37,480 nt of DNA. Origin: an uncultured Chthonomonas sp. (GTDB lineage: Bacteria > Armatimonadota > Fimbriimonadia > Fimbriimonadales > Fimbriimonadaceae). The position numbers and the translations under genes were made by a program. Of the stretch, positions 9,493 through 16,406 are shown piece by piece; positions within the stretch are counted from its first letter, which is position 1; every line of letters begins with the position of its first letter. The notes under the pieces are model-generated. The model made no database searches, was not told the origin of the DNA, and saw only the letters and a list, made by a program, of their open reading frames with translations. The stretch covers positions 1 to 37,480 of the forward strand of contig CAZVHE010000005.1 of assembly GCA_964627705.1 (NCBI GenBank). Reading direction: 5' to 3'.

Positions 9493-10045
9493 ACCGAAAG
9501 ACATCGTGGATTTTGACACACTGACGCCGGCCGCCACAGATTACATGATCTTGCAGCGCAGCGCCAGCGTTGGCGGAAAGGCGACGGCTCAGGCGGTCGT
9601 GAATGCAGCCAATGCGGCGGCAGCCAACAGCGCCAAGCCGTGGCCGTACGTCCTGACGCTGGACACCGCCGACGGCGTCGGTTCAGGCACGGCCCCGGGC
9701 GCGGTCGTCAAATCGTTCACGATCCCGGCCAACACGCTGGGGGTGAACGGGGCGCGCCTGACAATCGAGGCGTATGTGGTGGGGATCAACGCGGCGGATG
9801 ATTGGGCCATGTACCTCCAAGGGACGGGCCTTGAGCTATTCACCACAATCGGCCTGACGCCCGATGAGTTTTTGCAGTTGAGCCTCGTGCGGCAAACGTC
9901 ATCCACGGCGGTCTTGATCGAAAACTTCATCACTGCCATCAAGAACGACCCTATCGACTGGACCATCGACCAGACGGTGCAAATCTTCGCGACGGCTGGC
10001 GTGACCATCGAGTTTGTTATCGCCCGCGTGTTCCCGAGCGGGTAA
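9485..10045 (+). CDS. Putative virion structural protein
   Basis: Start ATG 9485 overlaps the upstream gene; beta-rich, FTIPANTLG motif; in the virion operon. Confidence 0.55.
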   Translation: MAEPKDIVDFDTLTPAATDYMILQRSASVGGKATAQAVVNAANAAAANSAKPWPYVLTLDTADGVGSGTAPGAVVKSFTIPANTLGVNGARLTIEAYVVGINAADDWAMYLQGTGLELFTTIGLTPDEFLQLSLVRQTSSTAVLIENFITAIKNDPIDWTIDQTVQIFATAGVTIEFVIARVFPSG

Positions 10046-10048
10046 GGC

Positions 10049-10062
10049 TTGACGGTGGCTCG
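10049..10062 (+). promoter_or_regulatory. Putative late promoter motif, copy 3
   Basis: TTGACGGTGGCTCG 3 nt after the upstream stop. Confidence 0.7.
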
Positions 10063-10109
10063 GGTAGGCGCACCGCAATCAACCGACTAGGCAAAAGGAG
10101 CGCCGTGCA

Positions 10110-10451
10110 ATGTCCCTGCTGACCGATTCTCCGCTGAACTACAACGTCGGCACGACGTTCACGCAGACCGCGACCAACACCAGCGATAACTTCACTGGCG
10201 CGATTCTGGTCGAGCCTGGCCTGTTCTCAATCAGCGTGTCCGGCACCTTCACAGCCACCTGCTTTGTGCAACGCAGCTACGGCGGGACCGAGGCAACGCA
10301 CTTTGTCGACGTGACCAGCTACACGGCCGCGACCCAGCAGACAGGCGAGGAAGGCGCCCGCGCCTACTACCGAATCGGGACCAAGGCCAGCGGCTTCACG
10401 TCCGGCACGCTGAACATGCGAATCGCCCAATGCCACCAGTCGAGAACGTGA
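10110..10451 (+). CDS. Putative small jelly-roll virion protein (spike base-like)
   Basis: AAGGAG RBS; VSGTFTATCFVQRS...YYRIG...FTSGT beta pattern; preceded by the late motif. Confidence 0.5.
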   Translation: MSLLTDSPLNYNVGTTFTQTATNTSDNFTGAILVEPGLFSISVSGTFTATCFVQRSYGGTEATHFVDVTSYTAATQQTGEEGARAYYRIGTKASGFTSGTLNMRIAQCHQSRT

Positions 10452-10452
10452 G

Positions 10453-11391
10453 ATGCTGCAATCGGTCATGCGCGGCGTGATGTCGGCGGTCATGAGCGGC
10501 GTCCCCATCAGCAGCGGGGACGTTTCGCCCGTGGCCTCGTTCGTGTATGGCGAGAGCGAGACGCTTACAACCAGCGTCAGCATTTCAAGCTTTGAGTCGT
10601 TGGCCGACGTGGGCAACATCCTGACCAGCGTCAACCACGGCATGTGGACGACGGGCACGGCCGAGCAGTTCATGGTGCAGGGCACCGGCTCGGAAATGGA
10701 TGGACAGATTTACACCGACACGCAATCGGGCGTCAACGCCATCACAAACTTCGGGCCCACTGGTGCCGATGATGCGTCGGGCAGCACCGGCGTTGTGCTC
10801 TACCTACAATCGCGCGTTTCGGCGTGGGGCACGGCTTCGCAATCGACCATCGCAAGCATGTTCCGCAAGCGAACCACATCAGGCTCGCGCGGCATCGAGA
10901 CGCGTGGCACGGCCGACCAGATGCCGGTGTCGCCGTCGATTGCGCTGACCGCCGCCGCCGGCTGGACGATCATTCTCGACTACACGCCGCTTTCCAGCCA
11001 CAATGGCAACCTGTTTGGTTCAACCGGCCACAGCGTCGAGAACCGCGTGACCAGCGACGCCAACGTCATTCGATTCTACACCTCGGCCGGTACGTTCACG
11101 CCGTCGATTTCCGCCCCAGCCCCGGCCCGCCGCATCATCGTCATTCGCGGCAACTCGACATTCTGGCGCGTGTACCTGAACGGCGGAAGCGGCGCTGGGG
11201 CATCGGCCACCATCGGCAACTTCACTATTGACCGCCTGAACTTCATCGGGTCCGGCGCGTACGGCAACGTGCGCATTCACGGCTACTTGTTCTACTCGAG
11301 CGTTTTGCCGCTGGCGACAATCAACACGATCTGCGCGGCTCGCGCTGCCGATACCCAATATGGGTCGGTGACGTGGACGACCGCGACGTGA
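10453..11391 (+). CDS. Putative fibre/spike protein with C-terminal LamG/ConA-like domain
   Basis: Ser/Thr/Gly-rich; WRVYLNG...IG...GNVRIHGYLFYSSVL..ATI pattern of LamG-like lectin folds. Confidence 0.55.
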   Translation: MLQSVMRGVMSAVMSGVPISSGDVSPVASFVYGESETLTTSVSISSFESLADVGNILTSVNHGMWTTGTAEQFMVQGTGSEMDGQIYTDTQSGVNAITNFGPTGADDASGSTGVVLYLQSRVSAWGTASQSTIASMFRKRTTSGSRGIETRGTADQMPVSPSIALTAAAGWTIILDYTPLSSHNGNLFGSTGHSVENRVTSDANVIRFYTSAGTFTPSISAPAPARRIIVIRGNSTFWRVYLNGGSGAGASATIGNFTIDRLNFIGSGAYGNVRIHGYLFYSSVLPLATINTICAARAADTQYGSVTWTTAT

Positions 11392-11398
11392 GGGTGCC

Positions 11399-11680
11399 AT
11401 GAATGACGATACATTGGAGGTCAAGCCCGTGCCGAACCATCGCGAGACGTTCAACGACGCCGTTCGCCTGTCGCTGTTGGAGCAGCGGTTTGGGGCGGTG
11501 GAGGGACGGCTGGACAAGATCGAGAGCAAGCTTGAAGACCTCAAGGGCCAGATGACCAAGGTCTTGGTCGTGGTCGGCATCCTCGCTGGCTTGGCCGGCG
11601 CTGGCGGCAAGGCGGCGGTGTCGGCCCTGTTGGGCGTGCCGCATTCGCAGGCCACGGCCGCACAGGTCGAGAGCAAGTAA
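11399..11680 (+). CDS. Coiled-coil plus C-terminal TM protein (XhlA/holin-like)
   Basis: LEQRFGAVEGRLDKIESKLEDL heptads then VLVVVGILAGLAGAG hydrophobic helix. Confidence 0.5.
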   Translation: MNDDTLEVKPVPNHRETFNDAVRLSLLEQRFGAVEGRLDKIESKLEDLKGQMTKVLVVVGILAGLAGAGGKAAVSALLGVPHSQATAAQVESK

Positions 11681-11702
11681 GGCTTACCTCCCCACCGAAG
11701 TC

Positions 11703-11742
11703 GCGCCCGGGCTGCCCTCCTCCAGTCCGGGCGTCTTCGTTT
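11703..11742 (+). terminator. Rho-independent terminator
   Basis: GCGCCCGGGCTG...CAGTCCGGGCGT stem then CTTCGTTT. Confidence 0.65.
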
Positions 11743-11760
11743 GTGCAAGCCCACTTTTCT

Positions 11761-11777
11761 GTTGCGCCCATCGCAAC
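11761..11777 (+). promoter_or_regulatory. Palindromic operator GTTGCG-N5-CGCAAC overlapping a TTGCGC -35-like element
   Basis: GTTGCG CCCAT CGCAAC; related sites at 27570, 28629 and 30202. Confidence 0.65.
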
Positions 11778-11813
11778 GCCGGCGTGGGGTGGCGGCACGA
11801 AAGGGGAATGAAC

Positions 11814-12047
11814 ATGAGCCGCAACTATCTAGCAGCGCTCGCTGCGCTCTACTTCGCCGGCGCCATCTCGTGGCTGATGCACCATGTCGCGGGCACCACC
11901 TCGCCGTGGATCGCGCTTCCGCTCATGTGCCTGTGCGCCGCCGGCTTCGCATTAACCGCCAACGCCGCATGGCACTACACGCCGACCCAGCAAGCGGACG
12001 ATGAAGACGGCTACTGGGGATGGCGGGATGAGGAGGATGCGCCATGA
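11814..12047 (+). CDS. Small two-TM membrane protein
   Basis: Two hydrophobic segments and an acidic tail; AAGGGG RBS. Confidence 0.6.
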   Translation: MSRNYLAALAALYFAGAISWLMHHVAGTTSPWIALPLMCLCAAGFALTANAAWHYTPTQQADDEDGYWGWRDEEDAP

Positions 12048-12334
12048 CCACACCCAACTGGCCCAACAACATCATCAGCGCCTACCAACTCGCCATCGCC
12101 GAAGTCGCCGGATGCGCGCCCGACGCCGTGCTGACCCAAGACCCGGAGCGCTCGGGCTTCGTCGTGTGCGCGGTTGACGACGGGTGCCTGCACTTCTTGC
12201 ACGTCGCGCGCTACCTCGGGCTGCCGATCAACGACGTGGTGGCGGCCTACAACCTCGCGCGGCCGGGCATGCAGCTTGTCCGCGAGCGAGTGCGAACCAT
12301 CGCCGAACAGTACGCCAAGGGGGCGAGACGATGA
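12044..12334 (+). CDS. Hypothetical protein
   Basis: GAGGAGG RBS; ATGA couplings at both ends. Confidence 0.6.
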   Translation: MTTPNWPNNIISAYQLAIAEVAGCAPDAVLTQDPERSGFVVCAVDDGCLHFLHVARYLGLPINDVVAAYNLARPGMQLVRERVRTIAEQYAKGARR

Positions 12335-12771
12335 AGCCGATTCTGTTCAGCAAGCCGATGGTTTGCGCGATTCTGGAGAACCGCAAGACGCAGACGCGGC
12401 GGGTTGTAGACCTGTCGCGTGTGAAGCATCGCGTTGATTGGGTCGGCTGGTCCGACTGGGGATATGTCGCCGAGGAAGTTAGTGCGGCGTGCGGCGATAT
12501 GCCAGCAGAGTTGACGGACTCGACGCGCATCAGCTGCCCCTACGGCGCGCCCGGCGACCGGCTTTGGGTGAGGGAAGAGCACTACCGCTTCGGCCACTGG
12601 GAGCCGCGCCCCGGTGGCCCTTACGCGCTGTGCCCAGCCGACGGGCATAGATACAACTCATGCCGGCAAGCGTTCTTCGCTCTGATCGACGCCATTCACG
12701 GCGAGGGAACCGCCGCGCTCAACCCTTGGGTCTGGGTCGTCGAGTTCCGCCGCGTGGAGGCCGCCACATGA
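12331..12771 (+). CDS. ASCH/PUA-like conserved phage protein, apparently internally shortened
   Basis: MKPILF..PMV.AIL..RKTQTRR, CPYG.PGDRLWVRE, NPWVWVVEF. Confidence 0.75.
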   Translation: MKPILFSKPMVCAILENRKTQTRRVVDLSRVKHRVDWVGWSDWGYVAEEVSAACGDMPAELTDSTRISCPYGAPGDRLWVREEHYRFGHWEPRPGGPYALCPADGHRYNSCRQAFFALIDAIHGEGTAALNPWVWVVEFRRVEAAT

Positions 12772-12944
12772 AACCAGGCTGGAAACGCTACCTGCCCACG
12801 CGCCAGACGTTCCCGCACGTCGACCCGGCCCCGTGGTCGGTACTGGACAAGGACCGCATGGAGACCGTCGAAGGTACCGAAGGCATGACCGAAGAACAAG
12901 CCCGCGCGAAGGCGCAAGAACTGGAGGACGCGAGGACGCAATGA
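12768..12944 (+). CDS. Hypothetical protein
   Basis: GGAGG RBS; ATGA couplings. Confidence 0.55.
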   Translation: MKPGWKRYLPTRQTFPHVDPAPWSVLDKDRMETVEGTEGMTEEQARAKAQELEDARTQ

Positions 12945-13633
12945 AAGAAAACCCGAGGTGGAAACTAAAGGGAAAGATGCGCGAGACCGTCATTGATGAG
13001 CTTCGACGCGGCGTGCCGGTCCCTACGCTCGCCATCAGAAACGGCGCTGCGCAAAGCACGATTCGCAGACTCGCCAAGATGGCAGGAATCAAGACGGTTC
13101 GAGCCAATCGCTCCGGCCTTGAACAGCACGATGAGGAAATCAGGCGCCTTGCCGAAAGCCACAATCCTGACGAAATCGCGCTCATCCTGCGTCGCCGCAA
13201 GACGACAGTCCGGGACTACATGAATCGACGCGGCATCGAGTTCAAGCGATGCCAACGCAACAGATGGACGCCGGAAAAAGTAGAGCAGGCCAGAGCGCTT
13301 GCGCTACAGGGGCTTACATGCAAACAGGTTGCGGCTGAGTTCAAGGTCGGCCTTTCGGTCATGTACCTTGTGGCCCGCCGAAACGGAATCAGCTTCCGCG
13401 CCAATCACTGGCTGACCCAAGAAAAACTCAACACGCTACATCGGTTGTGGCTGAAAGGCTGGGGGATCAAGGCGGCGGCACGAAAGGTTGACGGCCCTGT
13501 TGCAACGGTGCGTCACAAGTTCGACCAATGGCGCTCCGTGGCAACTCCAGAGGAGAAGGCGCAACGCGCCAGAGCGCGGGCCGGCGACAGGCTGGCCTGC
13601 AACACTTCGACCGCCCAAGGAGAGGCAGCATGA
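12941..13633 (+). CDS. Multi-HTH DNA-binding protein
   Basis: About four tandem HTH-like units (PTLAIRNGAAQSTIRR, PDEIALILRRRKTTVRDY, WTPEKVE...CKQVAAEFKV, IKAAARKV); very basic. Confidence 0.7.
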   Translation: MKENPRWKLKGKMRETVIDELRRGVPVPTLAIRNGAAQSTIRRLAKMAGIKTVRANRSGLEQHDEEIRRLAESHNPDEIALILRRRKTTVRDYMNRRGIEFKRCQRNRWTPEKVEQARALALQGLTCKQVAAEFKVGLSVMYLVARRNGISFRANHWLTQEKLNTLHRLWLKGWGIKAAARKVDGPVATVRHKFDQWRSVATPEEKAQRARARAGDRLACNTSTAQGEAA

Positions 13634-13890
13634 CTATCGGCAACCTGAACGAACTGACCAAGGCCAAGGCCCCGGATTCGCACGGCGCCCGTCTGATCCA
13701 CGCGCAACTCGTCACCAGCGGCGAGCCCAAGCCCGTGGTTGAAGCGTTGGAGGTGTACATCAACACGGCGTCGGAGGTCGAGCGCGCCAAGGAAATCCTC
13801 AAGGCGGCCCGCGACCAAGCGAAGGAAGCGTGGGGCGAGGTCCAGGCCCGCGCCGCCAAGAAGATCAAGGGGGACGCGACGGATGCCTGA
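13630..13890 (+). CDS. Hypothetical coiled-coil protein
   Basis: AAGGAGAGG RBS; ATGA overlap. Confidence 0.55.
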   Translation: MTIGNLNELTKAKAPDSHGARLIHAQLVTSGEPKPVVEALEVYINTASEVERAKEILKAARDQAKEAWGEVQARAAKKIKGDATDA

Positions 13891-14311
13891 GGCGTCCTTC
13901 TTCGTCCCCGGCAAGCCTGCGCCACAACCGCGCCCGCGCGTGGCCATGATTGCGGGCAACTCCCGTGTGTACACGCCCAACACCGCCAAGGCGTGGAAAC
14001 GCACCATCGCGCTCGTGTCGAAGCAGCACCGCCCGGCTTCTCCAATCGAGGGGCCGGTGTCGGTCTGCCTGTCCTTCTACATCGCGCCCAGCGCTACGCA
14101 CGCCAAGGTGTTGGCCAAAACGGCGGAGTCGCGGCACACGTTCCAGCGCGACGGGGACGTTGACAACCTGGCCAAGGCGGTGCTCGACGCCATGACCGAT
14201 TGCGGTTGGTGGAAGGATGATGCGCAGGTTTGGGCGTTGACGATCCACAAGCAATGGTGCGGCGGCGTCCGGCGAGATGAGGGATGCCAGATAGACGTGG
14301 TTTGGGATTGA
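13883..14311 (+). CDS. rusA: RusA-family Holliday junction resolvase
   Basis: PGKPAPQPRPR, DGDVDNLAKAVLDAM, DDAQV motifs. Confidence 0.92.
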   Translation: MPEASFFVPGKPAPQPRPRVAMIAGNSRVYTPNTAKAWKRTIALVSKQHRPASPIEGPVSVCLSFYIAPSATHAKVLAKTAESRHTFQRDGDVDNLAKAVLDAMTDCGWWKDDAQVWALTIHKQWCGGVRRDEGCQIDVVWD

Positions 14312-14321
14312 CGGTGGCGCG
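14308..14321 (+). promoter_or_regulatory. Putative late promoter motif, copy 4 (one mismatch; before HK97 gp10-like gene)
   Basis: TTGACGGTGGCGCG overlapping the rusA stop. Confidence 0.65.
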
Positions 14322-14353
14322 ACTCCGCCCGGCTGGTGGCGAGGGGTGACATC

Positions 14354-14857
14354 GTGGCCGACAACCTTATTCGCTTTCAGATGGTCACGTCGGGCGACCG
14401 AGAGCTTGAAAAGGCGCTCGATCTGTTGACCGGGCCAAAGCAGGGAAAGGCGCTTCGCCAATCGGCAAAGGCCGCCATCAGGCCCGTGCTGCAAAAGGTC
14501 AAGCGCGACGCCCCGAAGAAGACGGGCAAGCTGGCCCGCTACCTAAAAGTTTATGTCATGCGCGCACGAAAGAATCGTGGCGGCGCCCGCATCGTGTTCC
14601 CGACCCGCCGTAAGCTGGGCATTGCAGATGACGCGAAGGGCTACTACCCGACGGCCCAAGAGTACGGATTCATCCATCGCGGCGGCTACAGACGCAAGGA
14701 AGAGCGCGGGCGCGGCACTCCAATCCCTGCCCGCTCGTTCCTGCGTCGCAACTTCTGGTCGAGTAAAGCTGAGATGATCGAACGCTTCAAGTCCATCTTG
14801 TGGGGCCAGATTAGCAAGATCGCATCGGAGGTGCCGCGTGCCCGTCGCAAGCCGTGA
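14354..14857 (+). CDS. HK97 gp10-family tail completion protein
   Basis: SGDRELEKAL, APKKTGKL, EYG, PARSFLR motifs. Confidence 0.85.
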   Translation: MADNLIRFQMVTSGDRELEKALDLLTGPKQGKALRQSAKAAIRPVLQKVKRDAPKKTGKLARYLKVYVMRARKNRGGARIVFPTRRKLGIADDAKGYYPTAQEYGFIHRGGYRRKEERGRGTPIPARSFLRRNFWSSKAEMIERFKSILWGQISKIASEVPRARRKP

Positions 14858-15236
14858 TGATGGTTTCAAGGCCGCCGTGTACGCCCTGACCGGCGCACGC
14901 TGCTGGCGCGAGTCGGAGGTGCCAGAGAACGCGGTGGCGCCCTTTTCTGCGTTATCGGTCAACGAGGATGCCTCTTTCAACGCGCTTGGCTCCGCGACCA
15001 ACCTTGGCGTCGCGTCCTACCTGCTGCGTCTGCACGGGCGCACCGAAGCGATGGTGGCTGATATGGAACAAGCTATCTGGGATGGGATGCACCACAAGAC
15101 GGGCGTCAACTCCAACGCCTGGTGGAAGGCCTCCTTCGTCGACAACCGTGGGGCCTCGGTCAACTTCGACGATGGCGGCGGGCTGCTTGCCGCGAGCCGA
15201 GAGTTGACGATCCGGCTATTCTACAATCGGTCCTGA
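14838..15236 (+). CDS. Putative tail terminator
   Basis: Synteny between gp10-like and tail tube genes; VPENAVAPF motif; size. Confidence 0.6.
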   Translation: MPVASRDDGFKAAVYALTGARCWRESEVPENAVAPFSALSVNEDASFNALGSATNLGVASYLLRLHGRTEAMVADMEQAIWDGMHHKTGVNSNAWWKASFVDNRGASVNFDDGGGLLAASRELTIRLFYNRS

Positions 15237-15242
15237 TAGGGC

Positions 15243-15256
15243 TTGACGGTGGCTCG
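15243..15256 (+). promoter_or_regulatory. Putative late promoter motif, copy 5 (before tail tube)
   Basis: TTGACGGTGGCTCG in the intergenic gap. Confidence 0.7.
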
Positions 15257-15300
15257 GCCCGGGCCCGCGCGATGGTGTCAAATCGTGCGGAGGCCCCCAC

Positions 15301-15708
15301 ATGGCAGTCATCGGCATTGGCACAACTTTCGAGCGCGGCACCGCCAGCCTCGGCGAGGTCATCTCGGTCAACGTCGACGGCGTGACGCGCGAAGCCATCG
15401 ACGTGACGCACCTTGGCGTGTCCACCACGTCGGCAACGAACACCTACGGCAACGCGCTGTTTATCCCGTCGGGCGTGTGCGACCCCGGCGAGGTGTCCAT
15501 CGAGTTGTTCCTGACGCCCTCGACGTTCGTCGAAACCTGCCTGTGGGAATCGGCCCAGACGTACACGATGGCTGGCCCCGGCGGGACGCGCACGTTCTCG
15601 GCATTCTGCACCGGCGTCTCACAGGCGGTGGTGCTCGACGACGCCATTCGCCAGACCATGACCTTCAAGGTCACGGGCGCCACCACGGCAAGCACGGCCA
15701 CAACCTAA
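15301..15708 (+). CDS. Major tail tube protein
   Basis: GTTF, EAIDVTHL, FIPSG..DPGEVSIE, TFKVTG motifs; GGAGG RBS. Confidence 0.85.
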   Translation: MAVIGIGTTFERGTASLGEVISVNVDGVTREAIDVTHLGVSTTSATNTYGNALFIPSGVCDPGEVSIELFLTPSTFVETCLWESAQTYTMAGPGGTRTFSAFCTGVSQAVVLDDAIRQTMTFKVTGATTASTATT

Positions 15709-15729
15709 CCATTGTCCAAGGGGGACAGC

Positions 15730-16137
15730 ATGAGCATTGATCGCAGCGCCATTCTGGCGGGCGCGGGGAAGTTCAAGACCGAGCCCGTCGAGGTGCCCGA
15801 GTGGGGCGGCACGATTCACGTTCGCGGCCTGACCGGCGCGCAGCGCGACTCGTTGGAGTTGGATTTCCTGCCCAGCAAGGACGGCAAGCCCCGCGCGGTC
15901 AATGTGCGCGGGCGAGTCGCCGCGTGGTGCGTGTGCGACGAAAACGGCAAGCGGGTGTTTGCAGACCGCGACGCCGATGTCTTGGGGCAGTATCCAGCCG
16001 AGGTGTTGGACAAGATCAACTCGGTTGCGATGCGACTGTCTGGCATGTCCCCGGAGGCCATCGGAGAAGCCGAAAAAAACTCCGATGCCGACAAGAGCGG
16101 CTCTGGTGGTTCCGCCTTGCCGGCCACCTCGGGATGA
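15730..16137 (+). CDS. Tail assembly chaperone (gpG-like)
   Basis: VEVPEWGGTIHVRGLT, CDENGKRVF...LSGM, EAEKN motifs. Confidence 0.88.
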   Translation: MSIDRSAILAGAGKFKTEPVEVPEWGGTIHVRGLTGAQRDSLELDFLPSKDGKPRAVNVRGRVAAWCVCDENGKRVFADRDADVLGQYPAEVLDKINSVAMRLSGMSPEAIGEAEKNSDADKSGSGGSALPATSG

Positions 16138-16406
16138 GTGTGGCGCGCTGCCAGCAGGAGGTCAGCGCGGAGGAGTTCACGGAATGGGTTGCTTTCCACA
16201 GCCTTGATCCGTGGTCCGGGACTCGAATGGACTGGGGCTTTGCCATGATCGCTTGCATCGTCGCCAACGCCAACCGAGCCAAGGGGCGTAAGTTCACGCT
16301 TCAGGACTTCCTGCCTGACTGGGAAAAGGCGGGTGAGCGCCAGACCCCTGAGCAGCACATGGCCGCGATTGACCGTGCGCTTGCCATCGCAGGGGGTGCC
16401 AAATGA
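16074..16406 (+). CDS. Tail chaperone gpGT extension read by programmed -1 frameshift
   Basis: Slippery heptamer A AAA AAC at 16074-16080; -1 frame reads KKLR..ERLWWFRLAGHLGMSV...EFTEWVAF..DPW. Confidence 0.82.
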   Translation, partial: KKLRCRQERLWWFRLAGHLGMSVARCQQEVSAEEFTEWVAFHSLDPWSGTRMDWGFAMIACIVANANRAKGRKFTLQDFLPDWEKAGERQTPEQHMAAIDRALAIAGGAK

